From positions 15,996,001-16,060,000 of the forward strand of contig OZ024740.1 of the NCBI GenBank assembly GCA_964016885.1: 64,000 nt of DNA. The letters run 5' to 3'. The translations under genes and the position numbers were made by a program. Under the pieces are notes generated by a model, which worked only from the letters and a program-made list of their open reading frames with translations, was not told the origin of the DNA and searched no databases. Positions 10,401-23,479 of the stretch are shown piece by piece. Source of the DNA: Eledone cirrhosa. Taxonomy: Eukaryota. Within the stretch, counting starts at the first letter, position 1, and every line of letters begins with the position of its first letter.

Positions 10401-13400
10401 GTTCTTTAGAGAAGAAACTGTCAGGAGAGCTAGACAGCAGAAGGTCTTCAGAGAAGAAACTGTCAGGAGACCTGGACAGCAGAAGGTCTTTAGAGAAGAA
10501 ACTCTCAGAAGAGCTAGACAGCAGAAAATTTTCAGAGAGAAACTGTCAGGAGAGCTGGACAGCAGAAGGTCTTCAGAGAAGAAACTCTCGGGAGAGCTGG
10601 ACAGCAGAAGATCTTCAGAGAAGAAACTCTCAGGAGAGCTAGACAGCAGAAGGTCGTTAGAGAAGAAACTCTCAGAAGAGTTGGACAGCAGAAGGTCTTC
10701 AGAGAAGAAACTCTCAGGGGAGCTAGACAGCAGAAGGTCTTCAGAGAAGAAACTCTCAGAAGAGCTAGACAGCAGGTCTTCAGAGAAGAAACTCTCGGGG
10801 GAGCTGGACAGCAGAAGGTCTTCAGAGAAGAAACTCTCGGGAGAGCTAGACAGCAGAAGGTCTTCAGAAAAGAAACTCTCAGGAGAGCTAGACAGCAGAA
10901 TGTCTTCAGAGAAGAAACTCTCAGGAGAGCTAGACAGCAGAAGGTCTTTAGAGAAGAAACTTTCAGGAGAGCTAGACAGCAGAAGGTCTTCAGAGAAGAA
11001 ACTCTCAGGAGAGTTGGACAGCAGAAGGTCTGCAGAGAAGAAACTCTCAGGAGAGCTGGACAGCAGAAGGTCTTCAGAGAAGAAACTCTCGGGAGAGCTG
11101 GACAGCAGAAGGTCTTCAGAAAAGAAACTCTCAGGAGAGCTAGACAGCAGAAGGTCTTCAGAGAAGAAACTCTCAGGAGAGCTAGACAGCAGAAGGTCTT
11201 TAGAGAAGAAACTTTCAGGAGAGCTAGACAGCAGAAGGTCTTCAGAGAAGAAACTCTCAGGAGAGCTGGACAGCAGAAGGTCTTCAGAGAAGAAGCTCTC
11301 GGGAGAGTTGGACAGCAGAAGGTCTTCAGAGAAGAAACTCTCAGGAGAGCTAGACAGCAGAAGGTCTTCAGAGAAGAAAGTCTCAGGAGAGCTGGACAGC
11401 AGAAGGTCTTCAGAGAAGAAACTCTCAGGAGAGCTGGACAGCAGACGGTCTTCAGAGAAGAAACTCTCGGGAGAGCTGGACAGCAGAAGGTCTTTAGAGA
11501 AGAAACTCTCAGGAGAGCTAGACAGCAGAAGGTCTTCAGAGAAGAAGCTCTGAAGAGAGTTGGACAGCAGAAGGTCTTCAGAGAACAAACTCACGGGAGA
11601 GCTGGACAGCAGAAGGTCTTCAGAGATAAACTCTCGGGAGAGCTGGACAGCAGAAAGTCTTCAGAGAAGAAACTCTCGGTAGAGCTGGACAGCAGAAGGT
11701 CTTCAGAGAAGAAACTGTCAGGAGAGCTGGACAGTAGGTCTTCAGAGAAGAAACTCTCGGGAGTGCTGGACAGCAGAAGGTCTTTAGAGAAGAAACTCTC
11801 AGAAGAGCTAGACAGCAGAAGGTGTTCAGAGAAGAAACTGTCAGGAGAGCTAGACAGCAGAAGGTCTTCAGAGCAGAAACTCTCAGAAGAGCTAGACAGC
11901 AGGTCTTCAGAGAAGAAACTCTCGGGAGAGCTGGACAGCAGAAGGTCTTCAGAGAAGAAACTCTCAGGAGAACTGGACAGCAGAAGGTCTTTAGAGAAGA
12001 AACTGTCAGGAGAGCTAGACAGCAGAAGGTCTTCAGAGAAGAAACTGTCAGGAGAGCTGGACAGCGGAAGGTCTTTAGAGAAGAAACTGTCAGGAGAGCT
12101 GGACAGTAGAAGGTCTTTAGAGAAGAAACTCTCAGGGGAGCTGGACAGTAGAAGGTCTTCAGAGAAGAAACTGTCAGGAGACCTGGACAGCAGAAGGTCT
12201 TTAGAGAAGAAACCCTCAGGAGAGCTGGCCAGCAGAAGGTCTTCAGAGAAGAAACTGTCAGGAGAGCTGGACAGCAGATGGTCTTCAGCGAAGAAACTCT
12301 CAGAAGAGTTGGACAGCAGAAGGTCTTCAGAGAAGAAACTCTCAGAAGAGCTAGACAGCAGGTCTTCAGAGAAGAAACTCTCGGGAGAGCTGGACAGCAG
12401 AAGGTCTTCAGAGAAGAAACTCTCGGGAGAGCTAGACAGGAGAAGGTCTTCAGAAAAGAAACTCTCAGGAGAGCTAGACAGCAGAAGGTCTTCAGAGAAG
12501 AAACTCTCAGGAGAGTTGGACAGCAGAAGGTCTTCAGAGAAGAAACTCTCAGGAGAGCTAGACAGCAGAAGGTCTTCAGAGAAGAAAGTCTCAGGAGAGC
12601 TGGACAGCAGAAGGTCTTCAGAGAAGAAACTCTCAGGAGAGCTGGATAGCAGAAGGTCTTCAGAGAAGAAACTCTCGGGAGAGCTGGACAGCAGAAGGTC
12701 TTTAGAGAAGAAACTCTCAGGAGAGCTAGACAGCAGAAGGTCTTCAGAGAAGAAACACTCAAGAGAGTTGGACAGCAGAAGGTCTTCAGAGAAGAAACTC
12801 TCGGGAGAGCTGGACAGCAGATGGTCTTCAGCAAAGAAACTCTCAGAAGAGTTGGACAGCAGAAGGTCTTCAGAGAAGAAACTCTCAGGAGAGCTAGACA
12901 GCAGAAGGTCTTCAGAGACGAAACTCTCGGGAGAGCTGGACAGCAGAAGGTCTTCAGAGAAGAAACTCTCAGGAGAGCTAGACAGCAGAAGGTCTTCAGA
13001 GAAGAAACTCTCAGGAGAGCTAGACAGCAGAAGGTCTTCAGTGAAGAAACTCTCGGGAGAGCTGGACAGCATAAGGTCTTCAGAAAAGAAACTCTCAGGA
13101 GAACTAGACAGCAGAAGGTCTTCAGAGAAGTAACTCTCAGGAGAGCTAGACAGCAGAAGGTCTTTAGAGAAGAAACTTTCAGTAGAGCTAGACAACAGAA
13201 GGTCTTCAGAGAAGAAACTCTCAGGATAGCTAGACAGCAGAAGGTCTTCAGAGAAGAAAGTCTCGGGAGAGCTGGACAGCAGAAGGTCATTAGAGAAGAA
13301 ACTCTCAGGAGAGCTAGACAACAGAAGGTCTTCAGAGAAGAAACTGTCAGGAGAGCTAGACAGCAGAGGGTCTTCAGAGAAGAAACTGTCACGAGAGCTG

Positions 13401-16400
13401 GACAGTAGAAGGTCTTTAGAGAAGAAACTGTCAGGAGAGCTGGACAGCAGAAGGTCTTTAGAGAAGAAACTGTCAGGAGAGCTAGACAGCAGAAGGTCTT
13501 CAGAGAAGAAACTGTCAGGAGACCTGGACAGCAGAAGGTCTTTAGAGAAGAAACTCTCAGAAGAGCTAGACAGCAGAAAATTTTCAGAGAGAAACTGTCA
13601 GGAGAGCTGGACAGCAGAAGGTCTTCAGAGAAGAAACTCTCGGGAGAGCTGGACAGCAGAAGATCTTCAGAGAAGAAACTCTCAGGAGAGCTAGACAGCA
13701 GAAGGTCGTTAGAGAAGAAACTCTCAGAAGAGTTGGACCACAGAAGGTCTTCAGAGAAGAAACTCTCAGGGGAGCTAGACAGCAGAAGGTCTTCAGAGAA
13801 GAAACTCTCAGAAGAGCTAGACAGCAGGTCTTCAGAGAAGAAACTCTCGGGGGAGCTGGACAGCAGAAGGTCTTCAGAGAAGAAACTCTCGGGAGAGCTA
13901 GACAGCAGAAGGTCTTCAGAAAAGAAACTCTCAGGAGAGCTAGACAGCAGAATGTCTTCAGAGAAGAAACTCTCAGGAGAGCTAGACAGCAGAAGGTCTT
14001 TAGAGAAGAAACTTTCAGGAGAGCTAGACAGCAGAAGGTCTTCAGAGAAGAAACTCTCAGGAGAGTTGGACAGCAGAAGGTCTGCAGAGAAGAAACTCTC
14101 AGGAGAGCTGGACAGCAGAAGGTCTTCAGAGAAGAAACTCTCGGGAGAGCTGGACAGCAGAAGGTCTTCAGAAAAGAAACTCTCAGGAGAGCTAGACAGC
14201 AGAAGGTCTTCAGAGAAGAAACTCTCAGGAGAGCTAGACAGCAGAAGGTCTTTAGAGAAGAAACTTTCAGGAGAGCTAGACAGCAGAAGGTCTTCAGAGA
14301 AGAAACTCTCAGGAGAGCTGGACAGCAGAAGGTCTTCAGAGAAGAAGCTCTCGGGAGAGTTGGACAGCAGAAGGTCTTCAGAGAAGAAACTCTCAGGAGA
14401 GCTAGACAGCAGAAGGTCTTCAGAGAAGAAAGTCTCAGGAGAGCTGGACAGCAGAAGGTCTTCAGAGAAGAAACTCTCAGGAGAGCTGGACAGCAGACGG
14501 TCTTCAGAGAAGAAACTCTCGGGAGAGCTGGACAGCAGAAGGTCTTTAGAGAAGAAACTCTCAGGAGAACTAGACAGCAGAAGGTCTTCAGAGAAGTAAC
14601 TCTCAGGAGAGCTAGACAGCAGAAGGTCTTTAGAGAAGAAACTTTCAGTAGAGCTAGACAACAGAAGGTCTTCAGAGAAGAAACTCTCAGGATAGCTAGA
14701 CAGCAGAAGGTCTTCAGAGAAGAAAGTCTCGGGAGAGCTGGACAGCAGAAGGTCATTAGAGAAGAAACTCTCAGGAGAGCTAGACAACAGAAGGTCTTCA
14801 GAGAAGAAACTGTCAGGAGAGCTAGACAGCAGAGGGTCTTCAGAGAAGAAACTGTCACGAGAGCTGGACAGTAGAAGGTCTTTAGAGAAGAAACTGTCAG
14901 GAGAGCTGGACAGCAGAAGGTCTTTAGAGAAGAAACTGTCAGGAGAGCTAGACAGCAGAAGGTCTTCAGAGAAGAAACTGTCAGGAGACCTGGACAGCAG
15001 AAGGTCTTTAGAGAAGAAACTCTCAGAAGAGCTAGACAGCAGAAAATTTTCAGAGAGAAACTGTCAGGAGAGCTGGACAGCAGAAGGTCTTCAGAGAAGA
15101 AACTCTCGGGAGAGCTGGACAGCAGAAGATCTTCAGAGAAGAAACTCTCAGGAGAGCTAGACAGCAGAAGGTCGTTAGAGAGGAAACTCTCAGAAGAGTT
15201 GGACAGCAGAAGGTCTTCAGAGAAGAAACTCTCAGGGGAGCTAGACAGCAGAAGGTCTTCAGAGAAGAAACTCTCAGAAGAGCTAGACAGCAGGTCTTCA
15301 GAGAAGAAACTCTCGGGGGAGCTGGACAGCAGAAGGTCTTCAGAGAAGAAACTCTCGGGAGAGCTAGACAGCAGAAGGTCTTCAGAAAAGAAACTCTCAG
15401 GAGAGCTAGACAGCAGAATGTCTTCAGAGAAGAAACTCTCAGGAGAGCTAGACAGCAGAAGGTCTTTAGAGAAGAAACTTTCAGGAGAGCTAGACAGCAG
15501 AAGGTCTTCAGAGAAGAAACTCTCAGGAGAGTTGGACAGCAGAAGGTCTGCAGAGAAGAAACTCTCAGGAGAGCTGGACAGCAGAAGGTCTTCAGAGAAG
15601 AAACTCTCGGGAGAGCTGGACAGCAGAAGGTCTTCAGAAAAGAAACTCTCAGGAGAGCTAGACAGCAGAAGGTCTTCAGAGAAGAAACTCTCAGGAGAGC
15701 TAGACAGCAGAAGGTCTTTAGAGAAGAAACTTTCAGGAGAGCTAGACAGCAGAAGGTCTTCAGAGAAGAAACTCTCAGGAGAGCTGGACAGCAGAAGGTC
15801 TTCAGAGAAGAAGCTCTCGGGAGAGTTGGACAGCAGAAGGTCTTCAGAGAAGAAACTCTCAGGAGAGCTAGACAGCAGAAGGTCTTCAGAGAAGAAAGTC
15901 TCAGGAGAGCTGGACAGCAGAAGGTCTTCAGAGAAGAAACTCTCAGGAGAGCTGGACAGCAGACGGTCTTCAGAGAAGAAACTCTCGGGAGAGCTGGACA
16001 GCAGAAGGTCTTTAGAGAAGAAACTCTCAGGAGAGCTAGACAGCAGAAGGTCTTCAGAGAAGAAGCTCTGAAGAGAGTTGGACAGCAGAAGGTCTTCAGA
16101 GAACAAACTCACGGGAGAGCTGGACAGCAGAAGGTCTTCAGAGATAAACTCTCGGGAGAGCTGGACAGCAGAAAGTCTTCAGAGAAGAAACTCTCGGTAG
16201 AGCTGGACAGCAGAAGGTCTTCAGAGAAGAAACTGTCAGGAGAGCTGGACAGTAGGTCTTCAGAGAAGAAACTCTCGGGAGTGCTGGACAGCAGAAGGTC
16301 TTTAGAGAAGAAACTCTCAGAAGAGCTAGACAGCAGAAGGTGTTCAGAGAAGAAACTGTCAGGAGAGCTAGACAGCAGAAGGTCTTCAGAGCAGAAACTC

Positions 16401-19400
16401 TCAGAAGAGCTAGACAGCAGGTCTTCAGAGAAGAAACTCTCGGGAGAGCTGGACAGCAGAAGGTCTTCAGAGAAGAAACTCTCAGGAGAACTGGACAGCA
16501 GAAGGTCTTTAGAGAAGAAACTGTCAGGAGAGCTAGACAGCAGAAGGTCTTCAGAGAAGAAACTGTCAGGAGAGCTGGACAGCGGAAGGTCTTTAGAGAA
16601 GAAACTGTCAGGAGAGCTGGACAGTAGAAGGTCTTTAGAGAAGAAACTCTCAGGGGAGCTGGACAGTAGAAGGTCTTCAGAGAAGAAACTGTCAGGAGAC
16701 CTGGACAGCAGAAGGTCTTTAGAGAAGAAACCCTCAGGAGAGCTGGCCAGCAGAAGGTCTTCAGAGAAGAAACTGTCAGGAGAGCTGGACAGCAGATGGT
16801 CTTCAGCGAAGAAACTCTCAGAAGAGTTGGACAGCAGAAGGTCTTCAGAGAAGAAACTCTCAGAAGAGCTAGACAGCAGGTCTTCAGAGAAGAAACTCTC
16901 GGGAGAGCTGGACAGCAGAAGGTCTTCAGAGAAGAAACTCTCGGGAGAGCTAGACAGGAGAAGGTCTTCAGAAAAGAAACTCTCAGGAGAGCTAGACAGC
17001 AGAAGGTCTTCAGAGAAGAAACTCTCAGGAGAGTTGGACAGCAGAAGGTCTTCAGAGAAGAAACTCTCAGGAGAGCTAGACAGCAGAAGGTCTTCAGAGA
17101 AGAAAGTCTCAGGAGAGCTGGACAGCAGAAGGTCTTCAGAGAAGAAACTCTCAGGAGAGCTGGATAGCAGAAGGTCTTCAGAGAAGAAACTCTCGGGAGA
17201 GCTGGACAGCAGAAGGTCTTTAGAGAAGAAACTCTCAGGAGAGCTAGACAGCAGAAGGTCTTCAGAGAAGAAACACTCAAGAGAGTTGGACAGCAGAAGG
17301 TCTTCAGAGAAGAAACTCTCGGGAGAGCTGGACAGCAGATGGTCTTCAGCAAAGAAACTCTCAGAAGAGTTGGACAGCAGAAGGTCTTCAGAGAAGAAAC
17401 TCTCAGGAGAGCTAGACAGCAGAAGGTCTTCAGAGACGAAACTCTCGGGAGAGCTGGACAGCAGAAGGTCTTCAGAGAAGAAACTCTCAGGAGAGCTAGA
17501 CAGCAGAAGGTCTTCAGAGAAGAAACTCTCAGGAGAGCTAGACAGCAGAAGGTCTTCAGAGAAGAAACTCTCAGAAGAGCTAGACAGCAGATCTTCAGAG
17601 AAGAAACTCTCGGTAGAGCTGGACAGCAGAAGGTCTTCAGAGAAGAAACTCTCAGGAGAGCTGGACAGCAGAAGGTCTTCAGTGAAGAAACTCTCGGGAG
17701 AGCTGGACAGCATAAGGTCTTCAGAAAAGAAACTCTCAGGAGAACTAGACAGCAGAAGGTCTTCAGAGAAGTAACTCTCAGGAGAGCTAGACAGCAGAAG
17801 GTCTTTAGAGAAGAAACTTTCAGTAGAGCTAGACAACAGAAGGTCTTCAGAGAAGAAACTCTCAGGATAGCTAGACAGCAGAAGGTCTTCAGAGAAGAAA
17901 GTCTCGGGAGAGCTGGACAGCAGAAGGTCATTAGAGAAGAAACTCTCAGGAGAGCTAGACAACAGAAGGTCTTCAGAGAAGAAACTGTCAGGAGAGCTAG
18001 ACAGCAGAGGGTCTTCAGAGAAGAAACTGTCACGAGAGCTGGACAGTAGAAGGTCTTTAGAGAAGAAACTGTCAGGAGAGCTGGACAGCAGAAGGTCTTT
18101 AGAGAAGAAACTGTCAGGAGAGCTAGACAGCAGAAGGTCTTCAGAGAAGAAACTGTCAGGAGACCTGGACAGCAGAAGGTCTTTAGAGAAGAAACTCTCA
18201 GAAGAGCTAGACAGCAGAAAATTTTCAGAGAGAAACTGTCAGGAGAGCTGGACAGCAGAAGGTCTTCAGAGAAGAAACTCTCGGGAGAGCTGGACAGCAG
18301 AAGATCTTCAGAGAAGAAACTCTCAGGAGAGCTAGACAGCAGAAGGTCGTTAGAGAAGAAACTCTCAGAAGAGTTGGACCACAGAAGGTCTTCAGAGAAG
18401 AAACTCTCAGGGGAGCTAGACAGCAGAAGGTCTTCAGAGAAGAAACTCTCAGAAGAGCTAGACAGCAGGTCTTCAGAGAAGAAACTCTCGGGGGAGCTGG
18501 ACAGCAGAAGGTCTTCAGAGAAGAAACTCTCGGGAGAGCTAGACAGCAGAAGGTCTTCAGAAAAGAAACTCTCAGGAGAGCTAGACAGCAGAATGTCTTC
18601 AGAGAAGAAACTCTCAGGAGAGCTAGACAGCAGAAGGTCTTTAGAGAAGAAACTTTCAGGAGAGCTAGACAGCAGAAGGTCTTCAGAGAAGAAACTCTCA
18701 GGAGAGTTGGACAGCAGAAGGTCTGCAGAGAAGAAACTCTCAGGAGAGCTGGACAGCAGAAGGTCTTCAGAGAAGAAACTCTCGGGAGAGCTGGACAGCA
18801 GAAGGTCTTCAGAAAAGAAACTCTCAGGAGAGCTAGACAGCAGAAGGTCTTCAGAGAAGAAACTCTCAGGAGAGCTAGACAGCAGAAGGTCTTTAGAGAA
18901 GAAACTTTCAGGAGAGCTAGACAGCAGAAGGTCTTCAGAGAAGAAACTCTCAGGAGAGCTGGACAGCAGAAGGTCTTCAGAGAAGAAGCTCTCGGGAGAG
19001 TTGGACAGCAGAAGGTCTTCAGAGAAGAAACTCTCAGGAGAGCTAGACAGCAGAAGGTCTTCAGAGAAGAAAGTCTCAGGAGAGCTGGACAGCAGAAGGT
19101 CTTCAGAGAAGAAACTCTCAGGAGAGCTGGACAGCAGACGGTCTTCAGAGAAGAAACTCTCGGGAGAGCTGGACAGCAGAAGGTCTTTAGAGAAGAAACT
19201 CTCAGGAGAGCTAGACAGCAGAAGGTCTTCAGAGAAGAAGCTCTGAAGAGAGTTGGACAGCAGAAGGTCTTCAGAGAACAAACTCACGGGAGAGCTGGAC
19301 AGCAGAAGGTCTTCAGAGATAAACTCTCGGGAGAGCTGGACAGCAGAAAGTCTTCAGAGAAGAAACTCTCGGTAGAGCTGGACAGCAGAAGGTCTTCAGA

Positions 19401-22400
19401 GAAGAAACTGTCAGGAGAGCTGGACAGTAGGTCTTCAGAGAAGAAACTCTCGGGAGTGCTGGACAGCAGAAGGTCTTTAGAGAAGAAACTCTCAGAAGAG
19501 CTAGACAGCAGAAGGTGTTCAGAGTAGAAACTGTCAGGAGAGCTAGACAGCAGAAGGTCTTCAGAGCAGAAACTCTCAGAAGAGCTAGACAGCAGGTCTT
19601 CAGAGAAGAAACTCTCGGGAGAGCTGGACAGCAGAAGGTCTTCAGAGAAGAAACTCTCAGGAGAACTGGACAGCAGAAGGTCTTTAGAGAAGAAACTGTC
19701 AGGAGAGCTAGACAGCAGAAGGTCTTCAGAGAAGAAACTGTCAGGAGAGCTGGACAGCGGAAGGTCTTTAGAGAAGAAACTGTCAGGAGAGCTGGACAGT
19801 AGAAGGTCTTTAGAGAAGAAACTCTCAGGGGAGCTGGACAGTAGAAGGTCTTCAGAGAAGAAACTGTCAGGAGACCTGGACAGCAGAAGGTCTTTAGAGA
19901 AGAAACCCTCAGGAGAGCTGGCCAGCAGAAGGTCTTCAGAGAAGAAACTGTCAGGAGAGCTGGACAGCAGATGGTCTTCAGCGAAGAAACTCTCAGAAGA
20001 GTTGGACAGCAGAAGGTCTTCAGAGAAGAAACTCTCAGAAGAGCTAGACAGCAGGTCTTCAGAGAAGAAACTCTCGGGAGAGCTGGACAGCAGAAGGTCT
20101 TCAGAGAAGAAACTCTCGGGAGAGCTAGACAGGAGAAGGTCTTCAGAAAAGAAACTCTCAGGAGAGCTAGACAGCAGAAGGTCTTCAGAGAAGAAACTCT
20201 CAGGAGAGTTGGACAGCAGAAGGTCTTCAGAGAAGAAACTCTCAGGAGAGCTAGACAGCAGAAGGTCTTCAGAGAAGAAAGTCTCAGGAGAGCTGGACAG
20301 CAGAAGGTCTTCAGAGAAGAAACTCTCAGGAGAGCTGGATAGCAGAAGGTCTTCAGAGAAGAAACTCTCGGGAGAGCTGGACAGCAGAAGGTCTTTAGAG
20401 AAGAAACTCTCAGGAGAGCTAGACAGCAGAAGGTCTTCAGAGAAGAAACACTCAAGAGAGTTGGACAGCAGAAGGTCTTCAGAGCACAAACTCACGGGAG
20501 AGCTGGACAGCAGAATGTCTTCAGAGATAAACTCTCGGGAGAGCTGGACATCAGAAGGTCTTCAGAGAAGAAATTCTAGGGAGAGCTGGTCAGCAGAAGG
20601 TCTGCAGAGAAGAAACTCTCGGTAGAGCTGGACAGCAGAAGGTCTTCAGAGAAGAAACTCTCAGGAGAGCTGGACAGCAGAAGGTCTTCAGTGAAGAAAC
20701 TCTCGGGAGAGCTGGACAGCATAAGGTCTTCAGAAAAGAAACTCTCAGGAGAGCTAGACAGCAGAAGGTCTTCAGAGAAGAAACTCTCAGGAGAGCTAGA
20801 CAGCAGAAGGTCTTTAGAGAAGAAACTTTCAGTAGAGCTAGACAACAGAAGGTCTTCAGAGAAGAAACTCTCAGGATAGCTAGACAGCAGAAGGTCTTCA
20901 GAGAAGAAAGTCTCGGGAGAGCTGGACAGCAGAAGGTCATTAGAGAAGAAACTCTCAGGAGAGCTAGACAACAGAAGGTCTTCAGAGAAGAAACTGTCAG
21001 GAGAGCTAGACAGCAGAGGGTCTTCAGAGAAGAAACTGTCACGAGAGCTGGACAGTAGAAGGTCTTTAGAGAAGAATCTGTCAGGAGAGCTGGACAGCAG
21101 AAGGTCTTTAGAGAAGAAACTGTCAGGAGAGCTAGACAGCAGAAGGTCTTCAGAGAAGAAACTGTCAGGAGAGCTGGACAGCAGAAGGTCTTTAGAGAAG
21201 AAACTGTCAGGAGAGCTGGACAGTAGAAGGTCTTTAGAGAAGAAACTCTCAGGAGAGCTGGACAGTAGAAGGTCTTCAGAGAAGAAACTGTCAGGAGACC
21301 TGGACAGCAGAAGGTCTTTAGAGAAGAAACTCTCAGAAGAGCTAGACAGCAGAAAATTTTCAGAGAGAAACTGTCAGGAGAGCTGGACAGCAGAAGGTCT
21401 TCAGAGAAGAAACTCTCGGGAGAGCTGGACAGCAGAAGATCTTCAGAGAAGAAACTCTCAGGAGAGCTAGACAGCAGAAGGTCTTTAGAGAAGAAACTTT
21501 CAGGAGAGCTAGACAGCAGAAGGTCTTCAGAGAAGAAACTCTCAGGAGAGTTGGACAGCAGAAGGTCTGCAGAGAAGAAACTCTCAGGAGAGCTGGACAG
21601 CAGAAGGTCTTCAGAGAAGAAACTCTCGGGAGAGCTGGACAGCAGAAGGTCTTCAGAAAAGAAACTCTCAAGAGAGCTAGACAGCAGAAGGTCTTCAGAG
21701 AAGAAACTCTCAGGAGAGCTAGACAGCAGAAGGTCTTTAGAGAAGAAACTTTCAGGAGAGCTAGACAGCAGAAGGTCTTCAGAGAAGAAACTCTCAGGAG
21801 AGCTGGACAGCAGAAGGTCTTCAGAGAAGAAGCTCTCGGGAGAGTTGGACAGCAGGAGGTCTTCAGAGAAGAAACTCTCAGGAGAGCTAGACAGCAGAAG
21901 GTCTTCAGAGAAGAAAGTCTCAGGAGAGCTGGACAGCAGAAGGTCTTCAGAGAAGAAACTCTCAGGAGAGCTGGACAGCAGAAGGTCTTCAGAGAAGAAA
22001 CTCTCGGGAGAGCTGGACAGCAGAAGGTCTTTAGAGAAGAAACTCTCAGGAGAGCTAGACAGCAGAAGGTCTTCAGAGAAGAAACTCTGAAGAGAGTTGG
22101 ACAGCAGAAGGTCTTCAGAGAACAAACTCACGGGAGAGCTGGACAGCAGAAGGTCTTCAGAGATAAACTCTCGGGAGAGCTGGACAGCAGAAAGTCTTCA
22201 GAGAAGAAACTCTCGGTAGAGCTGGACAGCAGAAGGTCTTCAGAGAAGAAACTGTCAGGAGAGCTGGACAGTAGGTCTTCAGAGAAGAAACTCTCGGGAG
22301 TGCTGGACAGCAGAAGGTCTTTAGAGAAGAAACTCTCAGAAGAGCTAGACAGCAGAAGGTGTTCAGAGAAGAAACTGTCAGGAGAGCTAGACAGCAGAAG

Positions 22401-23400
22401 GTCTTCAGAGCAGAAACTCTCAGAAGAGCTAGACAGCAGGTCTTCAGAGAAGAAACTCTCGGGAGAGCTGGACAGCAGGAGGTCTTCAGAGAAGAAACTC
22501 TCAGGAGAACTGGACAGCAGAAGGTCTTTAGAGAAGAAACTGTCAGGAGAGCTAGACAGCAGAAGGTCTTCAGAGAAGAAACTGTCAGGAGAGCTGGACA
22601 GCGGAAGGTCTTTAGAGAAGAAACTGTCAGGAGAGCTGGACAGTAGAAGGTCTTTAGAGAAGAAACTCTCAGGGGAGCTGGACAGTAGAAGGTCTTCAGA
22701 GAAGAAACTGTCAGGAGACCTGGACAGCAGAAGGTCTTTAGAGAAGAAACCCTCAGGAGAGCTGGCCAGCAGAAGGTCTTCAGAGAAGAAACTGTCAGGA
22801 GAGCTGGACAGCAGATGGTCTTCAGCGAAGAAACTCTCAGAAGAGTTGGACAGCAGAAGGTCTTCAGAGAAGAAACTCTCAGAAGAGCTAGACAGCAGGT
22901 CTTCAGAGAAGAAACTCTCGGGAGAGCTGGACAGCAGAAGGTCTTCAGAGAAGAAACTCTCGGGAGAGCTAGACAGCAGAAGGTCTTCAGAGAAGAAACT
23001 CTCAGGAGAGTTGGACAGCAGAAGGTCTTCAGAGAAGAAACTCTCAGGAGAGCTAGACAGCAGAAGGTCTTCAGAGAAGAAAGTCTCAGGAGAGCTGGAC
23101 AGCAGAAGGTCTTCAGAGAAGAAACTCTCAGGAGAGCTGGATAGCAGAAGGTCTTCAGAGAAGAAACTCTCGGGAGAGCTGGACAGCAGAAGGTCTTTAG
23201 AGAAGAAACTCTCAGGAGAGCTAGACAGCAGAAGGTCTTCAGAGAAGAAACACTCAAGAGAGTTGGACAGCAGAAGGTCTTCAGAGCACAAACTCACGGG
23301 AGAGCTGGACAGCAGAAGGTCTTCAGAGATAAACTCTCGGGAGAGCTGGACATCAGAAGGTCTTCAGAGAAGAATCTCTCGGGAGAGCTGGACAGCAGAA
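10000..23400 (+). repeat. Higher-order repeat region, ~3.05-3.18 kb unit (73-76 monomers), about four copies with block order A-B-A-A-B-A-B-A'-B
   Basis: Marker GAGAAGTAA ends at 10081, 13133, 14599 and 17774 (spacings 3052, 1466, 3175). Marker CTCTGAAGAGAGTTGG...AACAAACTCACGGG at ~11550, 16068, 19243 and 22087 (spacings 4518 = 3052+1466, 3175, 2844). Confidence 0.88.
13088..16034 (+). repeat. Nested tandem duplication, 1466-bp period (35 monomers)
   Basis: GAACTAGAC at 13101/14567. ORF pairs 13321/14787 and 13733/15199. 35x42-4 = 1466. Confidence 0.92.
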
Positions 23401-23479
23401 GGTCTTCAGAGAAGAAATTCTAGGGAGAGCTGGTCAGCAGAAGGTCTGCAGAGAAGAAACTCTCGGTAGAGCTGGACAG

